Of a DNA stretch of 64,000 nucleotides, positions 56,014 to 64,000 are shown one piece after another. Within the stretch, counting starts at the first letter, position 1. Each line of letters opens with the position of its first letter. The notes under the pieces are model-generated. The model saw only the letters and a program-made list of their open reading frames with translations, did no database searches and was not told the DNA's origin. Both the position numbers and the translations under genes were made by a program. Source of the DNA: Dehalococcoidia bacterium (GTDB lineage Bacteria > Chloroflexota > Dehalococcoidia > Lucifugimonadales > UBA3495); contig DAOULH010000011.1 of NCBI GenBank assembly GCA_034420475.1, positions 12,762-76,761 on the forward strand. The letters run 5' to 3'.

Positions 56014-56574
56014 ATGACCACAACGCATCCCGACGATCTGCGCTGGTACATCGTCCACACCTATACGGGACAGGAAGACATGGTCAAGCGGAACCTTGAC
56101 CTGCGTCGACAGAGCCTCGGCATGGACGACCGGATCACTCGCGTCGAGGTCCCGGCCGAGGACGAGATCACCCGCAACAAGGGAGAGCGAACCAAGCAGC
56201 GCCGCAAACTGTTCCCGGGCTATATCCTGGTCCAGATGGTCATGGACGACGAGGCCTGGTTCCTGGTGAGAAATACCACCGGCGTGACGGGTTTCATCTC
56301 CGCCGAGGAAGAGGGCGGCGACCGCCCGCGTCCGGTTCCCCTGGACGACCGTGAGGTCGACGACATCCTGGACCGCGTCGCCTCCGGCGAGCCGCGCGCC
56401 GTCATCGGAATGACCCAGGGAGACATGGTGCGGATCTCCGAAGGCCCCTTCGCCGACATGCTCGGCCGCGTTGAAGAGGTGGATGAACACCGGGGACAAG
56501 TCACCGTTATGATCTCCGTTTTCGGCCGCGAGACCCCGGTGGAACTGGACTTCACCCAGGTTGAAAAGACCTGA
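56014..56574 (+). CDS. nusG: Transcription antitermination factor NusG
   Basis: WYIVHTYTGQE, LFPGYILV, VRNTTGVTGF, GPFAD, FGRETPVELDF. Confidence 0.97.
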   Translation: MTTTHPDDLRWYIVHTYTGQEDMVKRNLDLRRQSLGMDDRITRVEVPAEDEITRNKGERTKQRRKLFPGYILVQMVMDDEAWFLVRNTTGVTGFISAEEEGGDRPRPVPLDDREVDDILDRVASGEPRAVIGMTQGDMVRISEGPFADMLGRVEEVDEHRGQVTVMISVFGRETPVELDFTQVEKT

Positions 56575-56637
56575 TCCCACTCCCGGAAAGCGGACGCTGG
56601 TCCGCGCGCATAAAATCAGGACAACCGGAGGCCATCA

Positions 56638-57066
56638 GTGGCAAAGAAAGTACTCGCCGTCATCAAACTCCAGCTGGAAGCGGGCAAAGCCACGCCCGCG
56701 CCGCCGGTCGGCCCGGCATTGGGTCAGCACGGCGTCAACATCATGGCCTTCGTCAAGGAGTACAACGAACGCACCGGCAGTCAGTCGGGCACCATCGTGC
56801 CCGTTCACCTGACCGTGTACCAGGACCGCTCCTTCACCTTTGTCACCCGCACCCCTCCGGCTTCGGACCTGTTGCGCCGCGCCGCCGGCATAGAGAAAGG
56901 ACAAGGCGACGCCCGCGCGCCCATCGGCGTAACTGTCACCAACGAAGTCCTGCGCGGCATCGCCGAGGAGAAGCTGAAGGACCTCAACGCCAACTCCGTC
57001 GAACAGGCCATGAACATCATCGCCGGCACCGCCCGCAGCATGGGAATCACCGTCGAAGACGACTGA
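56638..57066 (+). CDS. rplK: 50S ribosomal protein L11
   Basis: [31 protein letters not shown]. Confidence 0.98.
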   Translation: MAKKVLAVIKLQLEAGKATPAPPVGPALGQHGVNIMAFVKEYNERTGSQSGTIVPVHLTVYQDRSFTFVTRTPPASDLLRRAAGIEKGQGDARAPIGVTVTNEVLRGIAEEKLKDLNANSVEQAMNIIAGTARSMGITVEDD

Positions 57067-57113
57067 CCGTATCGACCTTCAGTTCCCGGAAACGCTACCA
57101 GGGAGAATCGAAT

Positions 57114-57827
57114 ATGCCCAAGCACAGCCGACGCTACACCGCCGTTGCCGAGCGTGTTCCGGAGGACAGCGTTTACCAGCCTCGAGAAGCCATCGACCTG
57201 GTAAAGGAACTCTCCACCGCCAAGTTCGACGAGACCATGGAAGTCCATCTCCGCACCAATGCCGACGTGCGCCACGCCGAGCAGCAGGTTCGCGGCGTCA
57301 CCGTGCTTCCCCACGGCTTGGGCAAGCAGGTGCGCGTGCTGGTGTTCGCCAACGGCGAGGCCGCCGACATCGCCCGCCAGGCCGGCGCCGATTACGTGGG
57401 CGACGACGACTTGATCGCTCAGATCGAAGGCGGCTGGATGGACTTCGACGTGGGACTGGCGATCCCCGAAGTTATGTCCAAAATCGGCCGACTGGGACGC
57501 TTCCTGGGCCGCCGTGGCCTGATGCCCAACCCCCGCACCGGCACCCTGGTGCCCGCCCGGGATCTGCCCCGCGTCATCCAGGAGTCAAAGGCCGGACGCC
57601 TGGAGTTCCGCACCGACCGGACCGCTATCATCCACGGCCAGTTCGGCAAGTCCTCCTTTGAGACCGACGCTTTGATGGACAACCTGACCGTGTTCATGGA
57701 CTCGGTCATGCGCGAACGCCCGGACGCAGTCAAAGGCGCTTTCATCAAGTCCGCCTACATCACTTCGTCCATGGGCCCCGGCCTCTCCGTTGACGTGGGA
57801 ACGCTCCAGGGGATGAAGCCGGAGTAG
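57114..57827 (+). CDS. rplA: 50S ribosomal protein L1
   Basis: AKFDET, QQVRG..LPHGLGK, LGRRGLMPNPRTGT, SSMGPG. Confidence 0.98.
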   Translation: MPKHSRRYTAVAERVPEDSVYQPREAIDLVKELSTAKFDETMEVHLRTNADVRHAEQQVRGVTVLPHGLGKQVRVLVFANGEAADIARQAGADYVGDDDLIAQIEGGWMDFDVGLAIPEVMSKIGRLGRFLGRRGLMPNPRTGTLVPARDLPRVIQESKAGRLEFRTDRTAIIHGQFGKSSFETDALMDNLTVFMDSVMRERPDAVKGAFIKSAYITSSMGPGLSVDVGTLQGMKPE

Positions 57828-57920
57828 AACCTTTGCCGCCATGCGACGCACCGCTCCCGGCCGTTGCCAATTCCCGGAGGGGATGCTAGACTGATTCACA
57901 CAATCGAATACCATTACCAC

Positions 57921-57980
57921 GCCCGAGACAGCGGGTTCCCCATGGGAATAATGGCGGCAACCGCCGCCCGCCGAGGCCCA
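57921..57980 (+). ncRNA. L10 leader (rplJ autoregulatory RNA)
   Basis: CCCGAGACAGCGGG ... CCCGCCGAGG matches the CCGxAGACAGCAGG / CCTGCCGAGG kink-turn core of L10 leaders, upstream of rplJ. Confidence 0.7.
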
Positions 57981-58110
57981 GTGCCGGATTGATCCGGCGC
58001 GCTTGTGGATGATCAACGCCGCTGGCCCAAAGGCTACGCGCGCCGAATTGCCCGCGCCCTCGTCTCAGAGCGCGGGTTTTATTTTGACCGTTCTAATCCA
58101 GGAGCAGACC

Positions 58111-58650
58111 TTGCCAACCCAGGAAAAAATCGACCGCGTAGCCGAGTTGAAGGATAAGTTGGAACGCAGTTCCATCATCATCTCCACCGGCTACTCCGGC
58201 ATGAACGCCAACCAAATGGTGGACCTCCGGCGCAGGATGCGCGACGGCGGCGTCGAGTTCGTCGTGGTGAAAAACAGCCTGCTCAGCCGCGCCGCCGACG
58301 CCGCCGAAATCCCCCAGCTCAAAGACGTCGTAACGGGTCAGACTGCCATCGCGCTGGGATACGATGATGCGGCCACAATCGCCAAGGCGGTCAATCAGGC
58401 GGCCCAGGCCAGCGCCGGCGCGCTCGCAGTCCACGGCGCCGTGGTGGGCCAGGGCGAAGCCATGCAGCCCGCGGACGTTTCGCGCCTGGCGGATTTGCCT
58501 CCGCGTCCCGTCCTCGTGGCCCAGTTGCTGGGCACCATGCAGTCGCCGCTCTATGGCTTGGCCAGCGTGCTCAACGCCACGATCAGCAGCTTGGCCTACG
58601 TCCTACAGGCCCGGATTGACCAACTGCAGCCGGCGGAAGCTGCGGAATAG
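58111..58650 (+). CDS. rplJ: 50S ribosomal protein L10
   Basis: TTG start after AGGAG: PTQEKIDRVAEL, Y.G.NA.QM..LR, VVKN.L, LA.LP. Confidence 0.92.
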   Translation: MPTQEKIDRVAELKDKLERSSIIISTGYSGMNANQMVDLRRRMRDGGVEFVVVKNSLLSRAADAAEIPQLKDVVTGQTAIALGYDDAATIAKAVNQAAQASAGALAVHGAVVGQGEAMQPADVSRLADLPPRPVLVAQLLGTMQSPLYGLASVLNATISSLAYVLQARIDQLQPAEAAE

Positions 58651-58660
58651 GAACGAGCCA

Positions 58661-58697
58661 CTCTCACCCTAGCCCTCTCCCATCAAGGGAGAGGGGA
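58661..58697. repeat. CTCACCC..CCCTCTCC..GGGAGAGGG-type REP-like hairpin between rplJ and rplL
   Basis: CTCTCACCCTAGCCCTCTCCCATCAAGGGAGAGGGGA resembles a widespread intergenic repeat class; single copy here. Confidence 0.5.
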
Positions 58698-58729
58698 CAA
58701 TGCGAAACAACCATCAGGAGGCATCAATC

Positions 58730-59122
58730 ATGGCAGTGAACCAGGAAGTTCTCGAGGCGATCAAGGGTATGAGCGTGATGGACCTGGCCGATCTGGTCAA
58801 GGCCATCGAGGAAGAGTTTGGCGTCTCCGCTGCGCCGGTGGCGGTTGCCGCGGCCCCGGCGGCCGGCATAGTCACCGACGACGCCCCGGCCGGCGCCGGC
58901 GACGACGAGCAGACCGAGTTCACCATCACCCTGGCCGACTTCGGCGCCAACAAGATCAACGTCATCAAGGCCGTGCGCGAGGTTACCGACCTCGGTCTGC
59001 GCGAGGCCAAGGAGCTGGTCGAGTCGGCCCCGGCTCGCGTCCGCGAGGGCGTGAACAAGGAAGACGCCGACAGCATCAAGTCCAAGCTGGAAGAGGCTGG
59101 CGCCACGGTCCAGGTCGCCTAG
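58730..59122 (+). CDS. rplL: 50S ribosomal protein L7/L12
   Basis: [45 protein letters not shown]. Confidence 0.98.
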   Translation: MAVNQEVLEAIKGMSVMDLADLVKAIEEEFGVSAAPVAVAAAPAAGIVTDDAPAGAGDDEQTEFTITLADFGANKINVIKAVREVTDLGLREAKELVESAPARVREGVNKEDADSIKSKLEEAGATVQVA

Positions 59123-59153
59123 TCGAACGCCGCAAGGCTCTTTTCGACAGCAC

Positions 59154-59182
59154 CAGGGGGCGGGTGTCACACCTGCCCCCTG
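59154..59182 (+). terminator. Stable hairpin downstream of rplL
   Basis: CAGGGGGCGGGTGT-CAC-ACCTGCCCCCTG followed by TCGTTTG. Confidence 0.55.
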
Positions 59183-59229
59183 TCGTTTGCCTGGTGTACA
59201 ATGCCGCCAGTTCAATCGGGAGGCCCAGC

Positions 59230-60033
59230 ATGGATCTGCAACTTGACGGCAAGACGGCGATAGTTACCGGAGGCAGTCGCGGCATCGGCAAAGCGGTGGC
59301 CCGGGTGCTGTCCGGCGACGGATGCAGCGTAGTCATCACCGGCCGTTACGCGGACACCCTGTCGGAGTCGGCCGAGGACATCGCCGGCGACACCGGCGGC
59401 AAGATCGTTCCCATCGTTTCCGACATGACCAGCACCGACCAGGTGAACGCCATGGTCGCCCAGGCCGCCGAAGCGCTGGGCGGGCGCATCGACATCCTGG
59501 TGAACAACGCCGCCGCGCCGGGCGGCCTCGCTCGCGGTTCGCTGGCCGAGATCCGCGACGAGGACGTGATGCTGGACCTGGACACCAAGGTCATGGGCTA
59601 CCTGCGCTGCGCCCGCGCCGTGGCGCCGTATATGCAGCAGCAGGGCTGGGGCCGCATCGTCAACGTCGGCGGCCTGTCGGCGCGCCGGGCGGAGGGGAAC
59701 CTCAGCGCCGGCGTGCGCAACTCCGGTCTGTCCAACCTGACCAAGTACCTGGCCGAGGAACTGGGGGGCGACGGCGTCTGCGTCAACCTGGTCCATCCCG
59801 GCACCACGCGCACCGAGCGCAGCGGCCCGATGTACGCCGAACAGGCCGAACGCGAGGGCACCACCGTCGAAGAGATCGAACGCCGCGCTGCCTCCCGCAA
59901 CTCCACCCGTCGCATCGTCGACGCCGAGGAACTGGCGTGGGTGGTGGCCTTTTTCGCTTCGCCACTCAGCATCGCCATCAGCGGCGAGACCATCGCCGCC
60001 GGCGGCGGTTCCGGCACCAACGTTTACCACTGA
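59230..60033 (+). CDS. Short-chain dehydrogenase/reductase (atypical active site), related to 28742..29533
   Basis: MDLQLDGKTAIVTGGSRGIG, LVNNAA, VNLVHPG. Confidence 0.88.
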   Translation: MDLQLDGKTAIVTGGSRGIGKAVARVLSGDGCSVVITGRYADTLSESAEDIAGDTGGKIVPIVSDMTSTDQVNAMVAQAAEALGGRIDILVNNAAAPGGLARGSLAEIRDEDVMLDLDTKVMGYLRCARAVAPYMQQQGWGRIVNVGGLSARRAEGNLSAGVRNSGLSNLTKYLAEELGGDGVCVNLVHPGTTRTERSGPMYAEQAEREGTTVEEIERRAASRNSTRRIVDAEELAWVVAFFASPLSIAISGETIAAGGGSGTNVYH

Positions 60034-60047
60034 CCAGTCAGGCACAA

Positions 60048-60076
60048 CCGGATTCCTGCTTGCGCAGGAATGACGA
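60048..60076. repeat. dRS3-like palindrome, second copy (reverse orientation)
   Basis: CCGGATTCCTGCTTGCGCAGGAATGAC = reverse complement of GTCATTCCTGCGCAAGCAGGAATCCGG. Confidence 0.6.
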
Positions 60077-60097
60077 CTTTCGCAGGAGCCAAATAAC

Positions 60098-60412
60098 ATG
60101 ATCAAAGTCACCGTTTTCTACGAGAACGAGGAAGGCAAGTCCTTCGACTTCGACTACTACTGCAACACGCACATGCCCCTGGTGCAGGAGCGCCTGACCA
60201 CCTTCGGGATGCGCTACTACAATGTGGAAAAGGGCATCTCCGACACCGACCCCAACGCGCCGCCGATGTACACGGCCGTCGGCTACCTGTTTTTCAACGA
60301 CGTGGACGGCGTGCACGAGGGCTTCAAGACCCACGGCCGGGAGCTGGTCGGCGACGTACCGAACTTCACGGACATCAGCCCCAAGTTCCTCATCAGCGAG
60401 CTGATAGCGTAA
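60098..60412 (+). CDS. EthD family reductase-like protein
   Basis: MIKVTVFY...FDFDYY...HMPLV ... DVPNFTDI.P...ISE. Confidence 0.88.
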   Translation: MIKVTVFYENEEGKSFDFDYYCNTHMPLVQERLTTFGMRYYNVEKGISDTDPNAPPMYTAVGYLFFNDVDGVHEGFKTHGRELVGDVPNFTDISPKFLISELIA

Positions 60413-60510
60413 CCGGACGCTGACGATAGCAAAAATGGGGGGCGGCCAGTTGGTCGCCCCCACGTCTATGCAGATCCGTTTCGTTCCGGTGATTTTGGGA
60501 GACACATACC

Positions 60511-62190
60511 ATGGATCAAGCCGTTGATGCCCTGGCTGAGCGCGCCATACGGGAGCATTGGGAGTTCGTGCCCACCGCCGGCAGCCGTATCGGCCGGCAC
60601 GAGTACGATGGTCGGCTGCCCGACTTCACCTCCGGGCGTATGGCTCGTCGCATCGAAGAGCTGCACCGGTCCCTGGGCCAACTCTCCGCGCTGCCCGGAT
60701 CCGACGGGTCCATCGCCGATGACGACGGGCGGATGGACCGCCTGTCCCGCAGCCTGCTGGAGATGTTCCTGCGCCGCGAGCTGTTCAGCCTGGAGGAAAT
60801 GCGGACGCTGCACAACAACCCGCAGCGGCAGGTCGGATACATCGGCGTCGGCAGCTACGTCCAACGGGACTACGCGCCGTTGCCGGACCGCCTGCGGTCG
60901 GCAACCTCCGTCCTCCGGCAGGTTCCGGACTTCCTGGCGACGCTGAATGGGATCACGGATACCGAGCTGGGAGAACCCATTCGCGAGATGGCCGTCGAAG
61001 CCTACCGGGGCATGGCGTCCTTCTATAACACCGGCCTGGCAGATGCCTCCGCTCAATGCGCGGCCATCGCTCCTGACGTGGCCGCCGAATTCGACGCGGC
61101 CCGCAAAACTGCCGGAGCCGCGGTGATTGATTTTGCCCAGCGGTTGCAGGACCGTAAAATCCGCCCCGAGTTCGCCATCGGACGCGACCTGTACCGCCGG
61201 ATGCTGGAGGTGGGAGAGGGCGTGAACACGCCGCTGCTCGACGTCCTCTCCATCGGCCAGGCCAACCTGGAGCAGAACCTGCGCCGGCTCGACGAAGCGG
61301 CGGCCCGTTTCTTGTCCCAAATCGGCGCGCCGGGCAAGTCGGTTCGGGAGGCCGTCGCCCAGGTGGCCGCCAACCATCCCGCCGCGGATGCCCTGATACC
61401 GGAAACGCGGGCCATGCTGGAGGATATCCGCCAGGCGCTGATCGACCACGACATCATCGCCGTGCCCTCGGAGGAGCGCTGCCAGGTCACCGAGACGCCT
61501 TCCTACATGCGCTACGCCTTTGCCGCCATGGACTCCCCCGGCGGCCTGGAGGAGGTCGCCACCGAGGCCTTCTACTACGTGACCCCGGTGGAGCCCGACT
61601 GGACGCCGCGCCAGCAGGAAGAGTGGCTGACCAACTTCAACTACCGTACCCTGAAGATCATCAGCGTCCACGAGGTGTACCCCGGGCACTTCGTCCACAA
61701 CCTGCACAACCGCCACGGTGGCGGCCTCCCGCTTATCAACCGCGTCGCCACGTCCTACGCCTTCACCGAGGGCTGGGCGCACTACACCGAGGAGATGATG
61801 CTGGAGACCGAGTACGGCCGCGACGACCCGGCGCTGTGGCTCACCCAATTGCTCGAAGCCCTGGTCCGCAACTGCCGCTACCTCTGCTCGCTGGGCATGC
61901 ACACCCAGGGCATGACCGTGGACGAGGCGACGCAGTTCTTCCAGGCCCACGCCTACATGGAGGAGCATCCGGCCCGCCGGGAGGCGCTGCGCGGCACTTT
62001 CGATCCCGGCTACCTGAACTACACCCTGGGCAAGCTGATGCTGCTCAAGCTCCGCCAGGACTGGCGTCGCCAGGAAGGGTCAGCCTACAGCCTGCGGCGG
62101 TTCCACGACGCCGCGCTGTCCTGGGGCGCGCCACCCGTGCCGCTGCTGCGCCAGGCGATGCTCAACGAGCCGGACGGTCCGATACTCTAA
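60511..62190 (+). CDS. DUF885 domain protein (M32-like metallopeptidase fold)
   Basis: SVHEVYPGHF, AFTEGWAHYTE, YLNYTLGKL...LR, FHDAAL..G. Confidence 0.88.
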   Translation: MDQAVDALAERAIREHWEFVPTAGSRIGRHEYDGRLPDFTSGRMARRIEELHRSLGQLSALPGSDGSIADDDGRMDRLSRSLLEMFLRRELFSLEEMRTLHNNPQRQVGYIGVGSYVQRDYAPLPDRLRSATSVLRQVPDFLATLNGITDTELGEPIREMAVEAYRGMASFYNTGLADASAQCAAIAPDVAAEFDAARKTAGAAVIDFAQRLQDRKIRPEFAIGRDLYRRMLEVGEGVNTPLLDVLSIGQANLEQNLRRLDEAAARFLSQIGAPGKSVREAVAQVAANHPAADALIPETRAMLEDIRQALIDHDIIAVPSEERCQVTETPSYMRYAFAAMDSPGGLEEVATEAFYYVTPVEPDWTPRQQEEWLTNFNYRTLKIISVHEVYPGHFVHNLHNRHGGGLPLINRVATSYAFTEGWAHYTEEMMLETEYGRDDPALWLTQLLEALVRNCRYLCSLGMHTQGMTVDEATQFFQAHAYMEEHPARREALRGTFDPGYLNYTLGKLMLLKLRQDWRRQEGSAYSLRRFHDAALSWGAPPVPLLRQAMLNEPDGPIL

Positions 62191-62210
62191 GGCTTCGGGC
62201 GTACCCGGGT

Positions 62211-62302
62211 TGTCATTGCGAGGAGTGAAGCAACGTGGCGATCTCGCTCCCGTAACGACGACCGTTGACTCGACGAGATTGCCGCGCTTCGCTCGCAATG
62301 AC
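62211..62302. repeat. Complete REP doublet (long arm, spacer, short arm)
   Basis: TGTCATTGCGAGGAGTGAAGCAACGTGGCGATCTC ... CGAGATTGCCGCGCTTCGCTCGCAATGAC, between convergent genes. Confidence 0.85.
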
Positions 62303-62359
62303 CAAGGGAAGAACTTTAAGACGCTGCGCTCCGGGCGATCACGGAACGGGCATCCGACT

Positions 62360-62881
62360 TTAAACCACCCGCGCCCCCAGGATCCGGCCGATGTGGTCCA
62401 GCGCCCAGCGGTGGGCGTCGGCGTCAAAGGATGCGACGCAGTCGGTGGGCACCTCCACGGCGTAGTCGCGGTTACGGGCGTCGGACGTGGTGTGCATCAC
62501 GCAGATGTCGGTGCACACCCCGCACACGATGATCTTGTCGGGGTTGAGGGCGGCCAGCCGTTCGGCCAGGTCGGTGTTGAAGAACCCGCTGTAGCGGTTC
62601 TTGGGGATGACGTTGCCGTCGCCGACCCATTCGGCCAGTTCCGGGATGACCTCCGGCTCCTCCGTCCCGATGACGCAGTGCACCGGGAACATCTGGAACT
62701 CCAGGTCGTCGGGCAGGTGGTGGTCGGAGACGAACAGGATGGCGGAGCCGGCATCCGCCTCCCGCCGCAGCAGGGTCCGCACCGGCTCGATGATGCCGCG
62801 GGCATCGTCGCCACAATAGAGGTTGTGCCCCGGCTCCATGAACCCGCGCACCATGTCGACTACCAGGACTGCGTTGGGCAT
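62360..62881 (-). CDS. Isochorismatase-family cysteine hydrolase (nicotinamidase-like)
   Basis: LVVDMVRGF, D.H, FPVHCV.GT, KNRYSGF, GVCTDICV, DARNRDY. Start 62881 after GGAGG. Confidence 0.9.
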   Translation of the reverse strand: MPNAVLVVDMVRGFMEPGHNLYCGDDARGIIEPVRTLLRREADAGSAILFVSDHHLPDDLEFQMFPVHCVIGTEEPEVIPELAEWVGDGNVIPKNRYSGFFNTDLAERLAALNPDKIIVCGVCTDICVMHTTSDARNRDYAVEVPTDCVASFDADAHRWALDHIGRILGARVV

Positions 62882-63048
62882 GGCGTTCACCCTCCTTGCC
62901 TCACCGACGGCAATTGCCTGAAACGAGATGGTCAGGATTATAGAACATTCCCAACCCCGCAGATCCTCCAAGCCGGCGAATTGACACAGGCGCCCGGAGT
63001 AGTGTAAGGAGACGCGGAGGAGTTTTTGGCGAAGTAGTGGGTACTGTC

Positions 63049-64000
63049 ATGACTAGCGGGTGGCATTTCCAACCTCTGGCGCCGGGCTATACGGTCAGGG
63101 AGCCGATTGCAGGAGCGTTTTTCGCCAGCGACGCCGTGAGCGAGCCAGGTGAGGCATTGGTGCGCGAAGGCATTCAGAACTCTCTGGACGCCGCCTTGCA
63201 AGGTGTCAAAACACTGGTGCGCATCTCTTTAGTCACCGAAAACGAGGCTTCAGACCGGCGGGAAGTGAGCCCGTACTTTACCGGCACAGCCGCACATTAC
63301 GAAGCAGACCGGAACGGTTTGCGCAAAGAGGACTTGCCAGGCAGGAACGAATCTTGCACGGTACTGATTTTCGAAGATTTCGGTACCAGCGGTTTGCAAG
63401 GCGATCCGGCGGCCCCTTATCCTCCCGAACAGCATGAAGAGAACAATTTCTATCACTTCTTCCGAGCTGAGGGTTTGTCGGACAAAGATCCCGGCAAGCG
63501 CGGCAGTTGGGGATTGGGTAAAGACACCTTTTTCAGGGCGAGCAGAGTAAATACCGTATTCGGATTGACGGTACGGAGCGATGATGATCGTCGCTTACTG
63601 ATGGGGAAAACTGTCTTGAAATCCCATGTGGTCGATGGCAATCGTTGTCAGGACGGGTATTTCGGGGCCAGAGCTGAAAATGGAAATATGGTGATTCCCA
63701 TTGAGAGCCCCGATGCCATCGAGCAATTCCAGCAGGTGTTCCGCTTGTACCGAGGGAATGACTCCGGCCTATCGATTGTCGTGCCTTGGTTTGACCCGGA
63801 GGTAACAGAACACGCCTTGCTCCAAGCGGTTGTCAAGAACTACTCCTACGCTATTCTCTCGGGGGATCTTGACGTAATCGTTAAAACTGCCGGTATTGAG
63901 ACGTGGATTGAGAAAGACAACTTGATAGCGGAGGCTCAGAAGTTCCCTGAGCAAACCGATATGCTGCCCGCAATCGAATTGGCACAGTGGGCGCTGAGCG
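63049..64000 (+). CDS. GHKL/MORC-like ATPase, N-terminal part; runs off window edge
   Basis: Manual translation is open for 317 codons from ATG 63049: ALVREGIQNSLDA (N box), IFEDFGTSGL (G1), GSWGLGK (G2). Not in ORF track because it has no stop in the window. Confidence 0.75.
   Translation, partial: MTSGWHFQPLAPGYTVREPIAGAFFASDAVSEPGEALVREGIQNSLDAALQGVKTLVRISLVTENEASDRREVSPYFTGTAAHYEADRNGLRKEDLPGRNESCTVLIFEDFGTSGLQGDPAAPYPPEQHEENNFYHFFRAEGLSDKDPGKRGSWGLGKDTFFRASRVNTVFGLTVRSDDDRRLLMGKTVLKSHVVDGNRCQDGYFGARAENGNMVIPIESPDAIEQFQQVFRLYRGNDSGLSIVVPWFDPEVTEHALLQAVVKNYSYAILSGDLDVIVKTAGIETWIEKDNLIAEAQKFPEQTDMLPAIELAQWALS

Noticed and set aside
54264-59122. Novelty in the tuf/ribosomal protein genes themselves
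   Set aside because: Sequences are canonical housekeeping genes.
30041-62302. GTCATTGCGAG elements as CRISPR repeats
   Set aside because: They are dispersed inverted doublets, not regularly spaced direct repeats.

Overview
GC-rich bacterial chromosomal window. The gene content suggests Chloroflexota/Dehalococcoidia of SAR202 type; this is inference from several luciferase-like/F420 monooxygenases, four SDRs, aprA, a peptidase MA with a GGGC-TM-basic tail, and a tuf-rpmG-secE-nusG-rplK-rplA-rplJ-rplL block not followed by rpoB. The left ~46 kb is mainly accessory catabolic genes (LLMs, SDRs, epoxide/alpha-beta hydrolases, amidohydrolases, hydantoinase A/B, SelA-like PLP enzyme, M20 peptidase) mixed with mnmA-rnhB-yraN and aprA. 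The right part carries dnaX-ebfC-recR-recO, accC/BCCP, tRNA-Thr/Tyr/Thr and the tuf/ribosomal-protein cluster. It ends in a lower-GC GHKL-ATPase gene that runs off the edge. Many small toxin/nuclease-like genes (4 Uma2, 3 PaREP1-like, MNT-HEPN fusion, BrnT pair, DUF4258/DUF2283-like pair) sit in line with housekeeping or catabolic genes, and several REP-like palindrome families are present. The most notable leads are: (1) a secreted Asp/Thr-rich protein with 36 hierarchically arranged TDxDx repeats and 12 TPSP repeats, coupled to an APH-fold kinase; (2) a TA-like pair inserted between ebfC and recR; (3) aprA without aprB; (4) the GHKL ATPase at the start of a putative defence island. No CRISPR array or rRNA was seen. 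All family assignments come from motif recognition by eye, not database searches.
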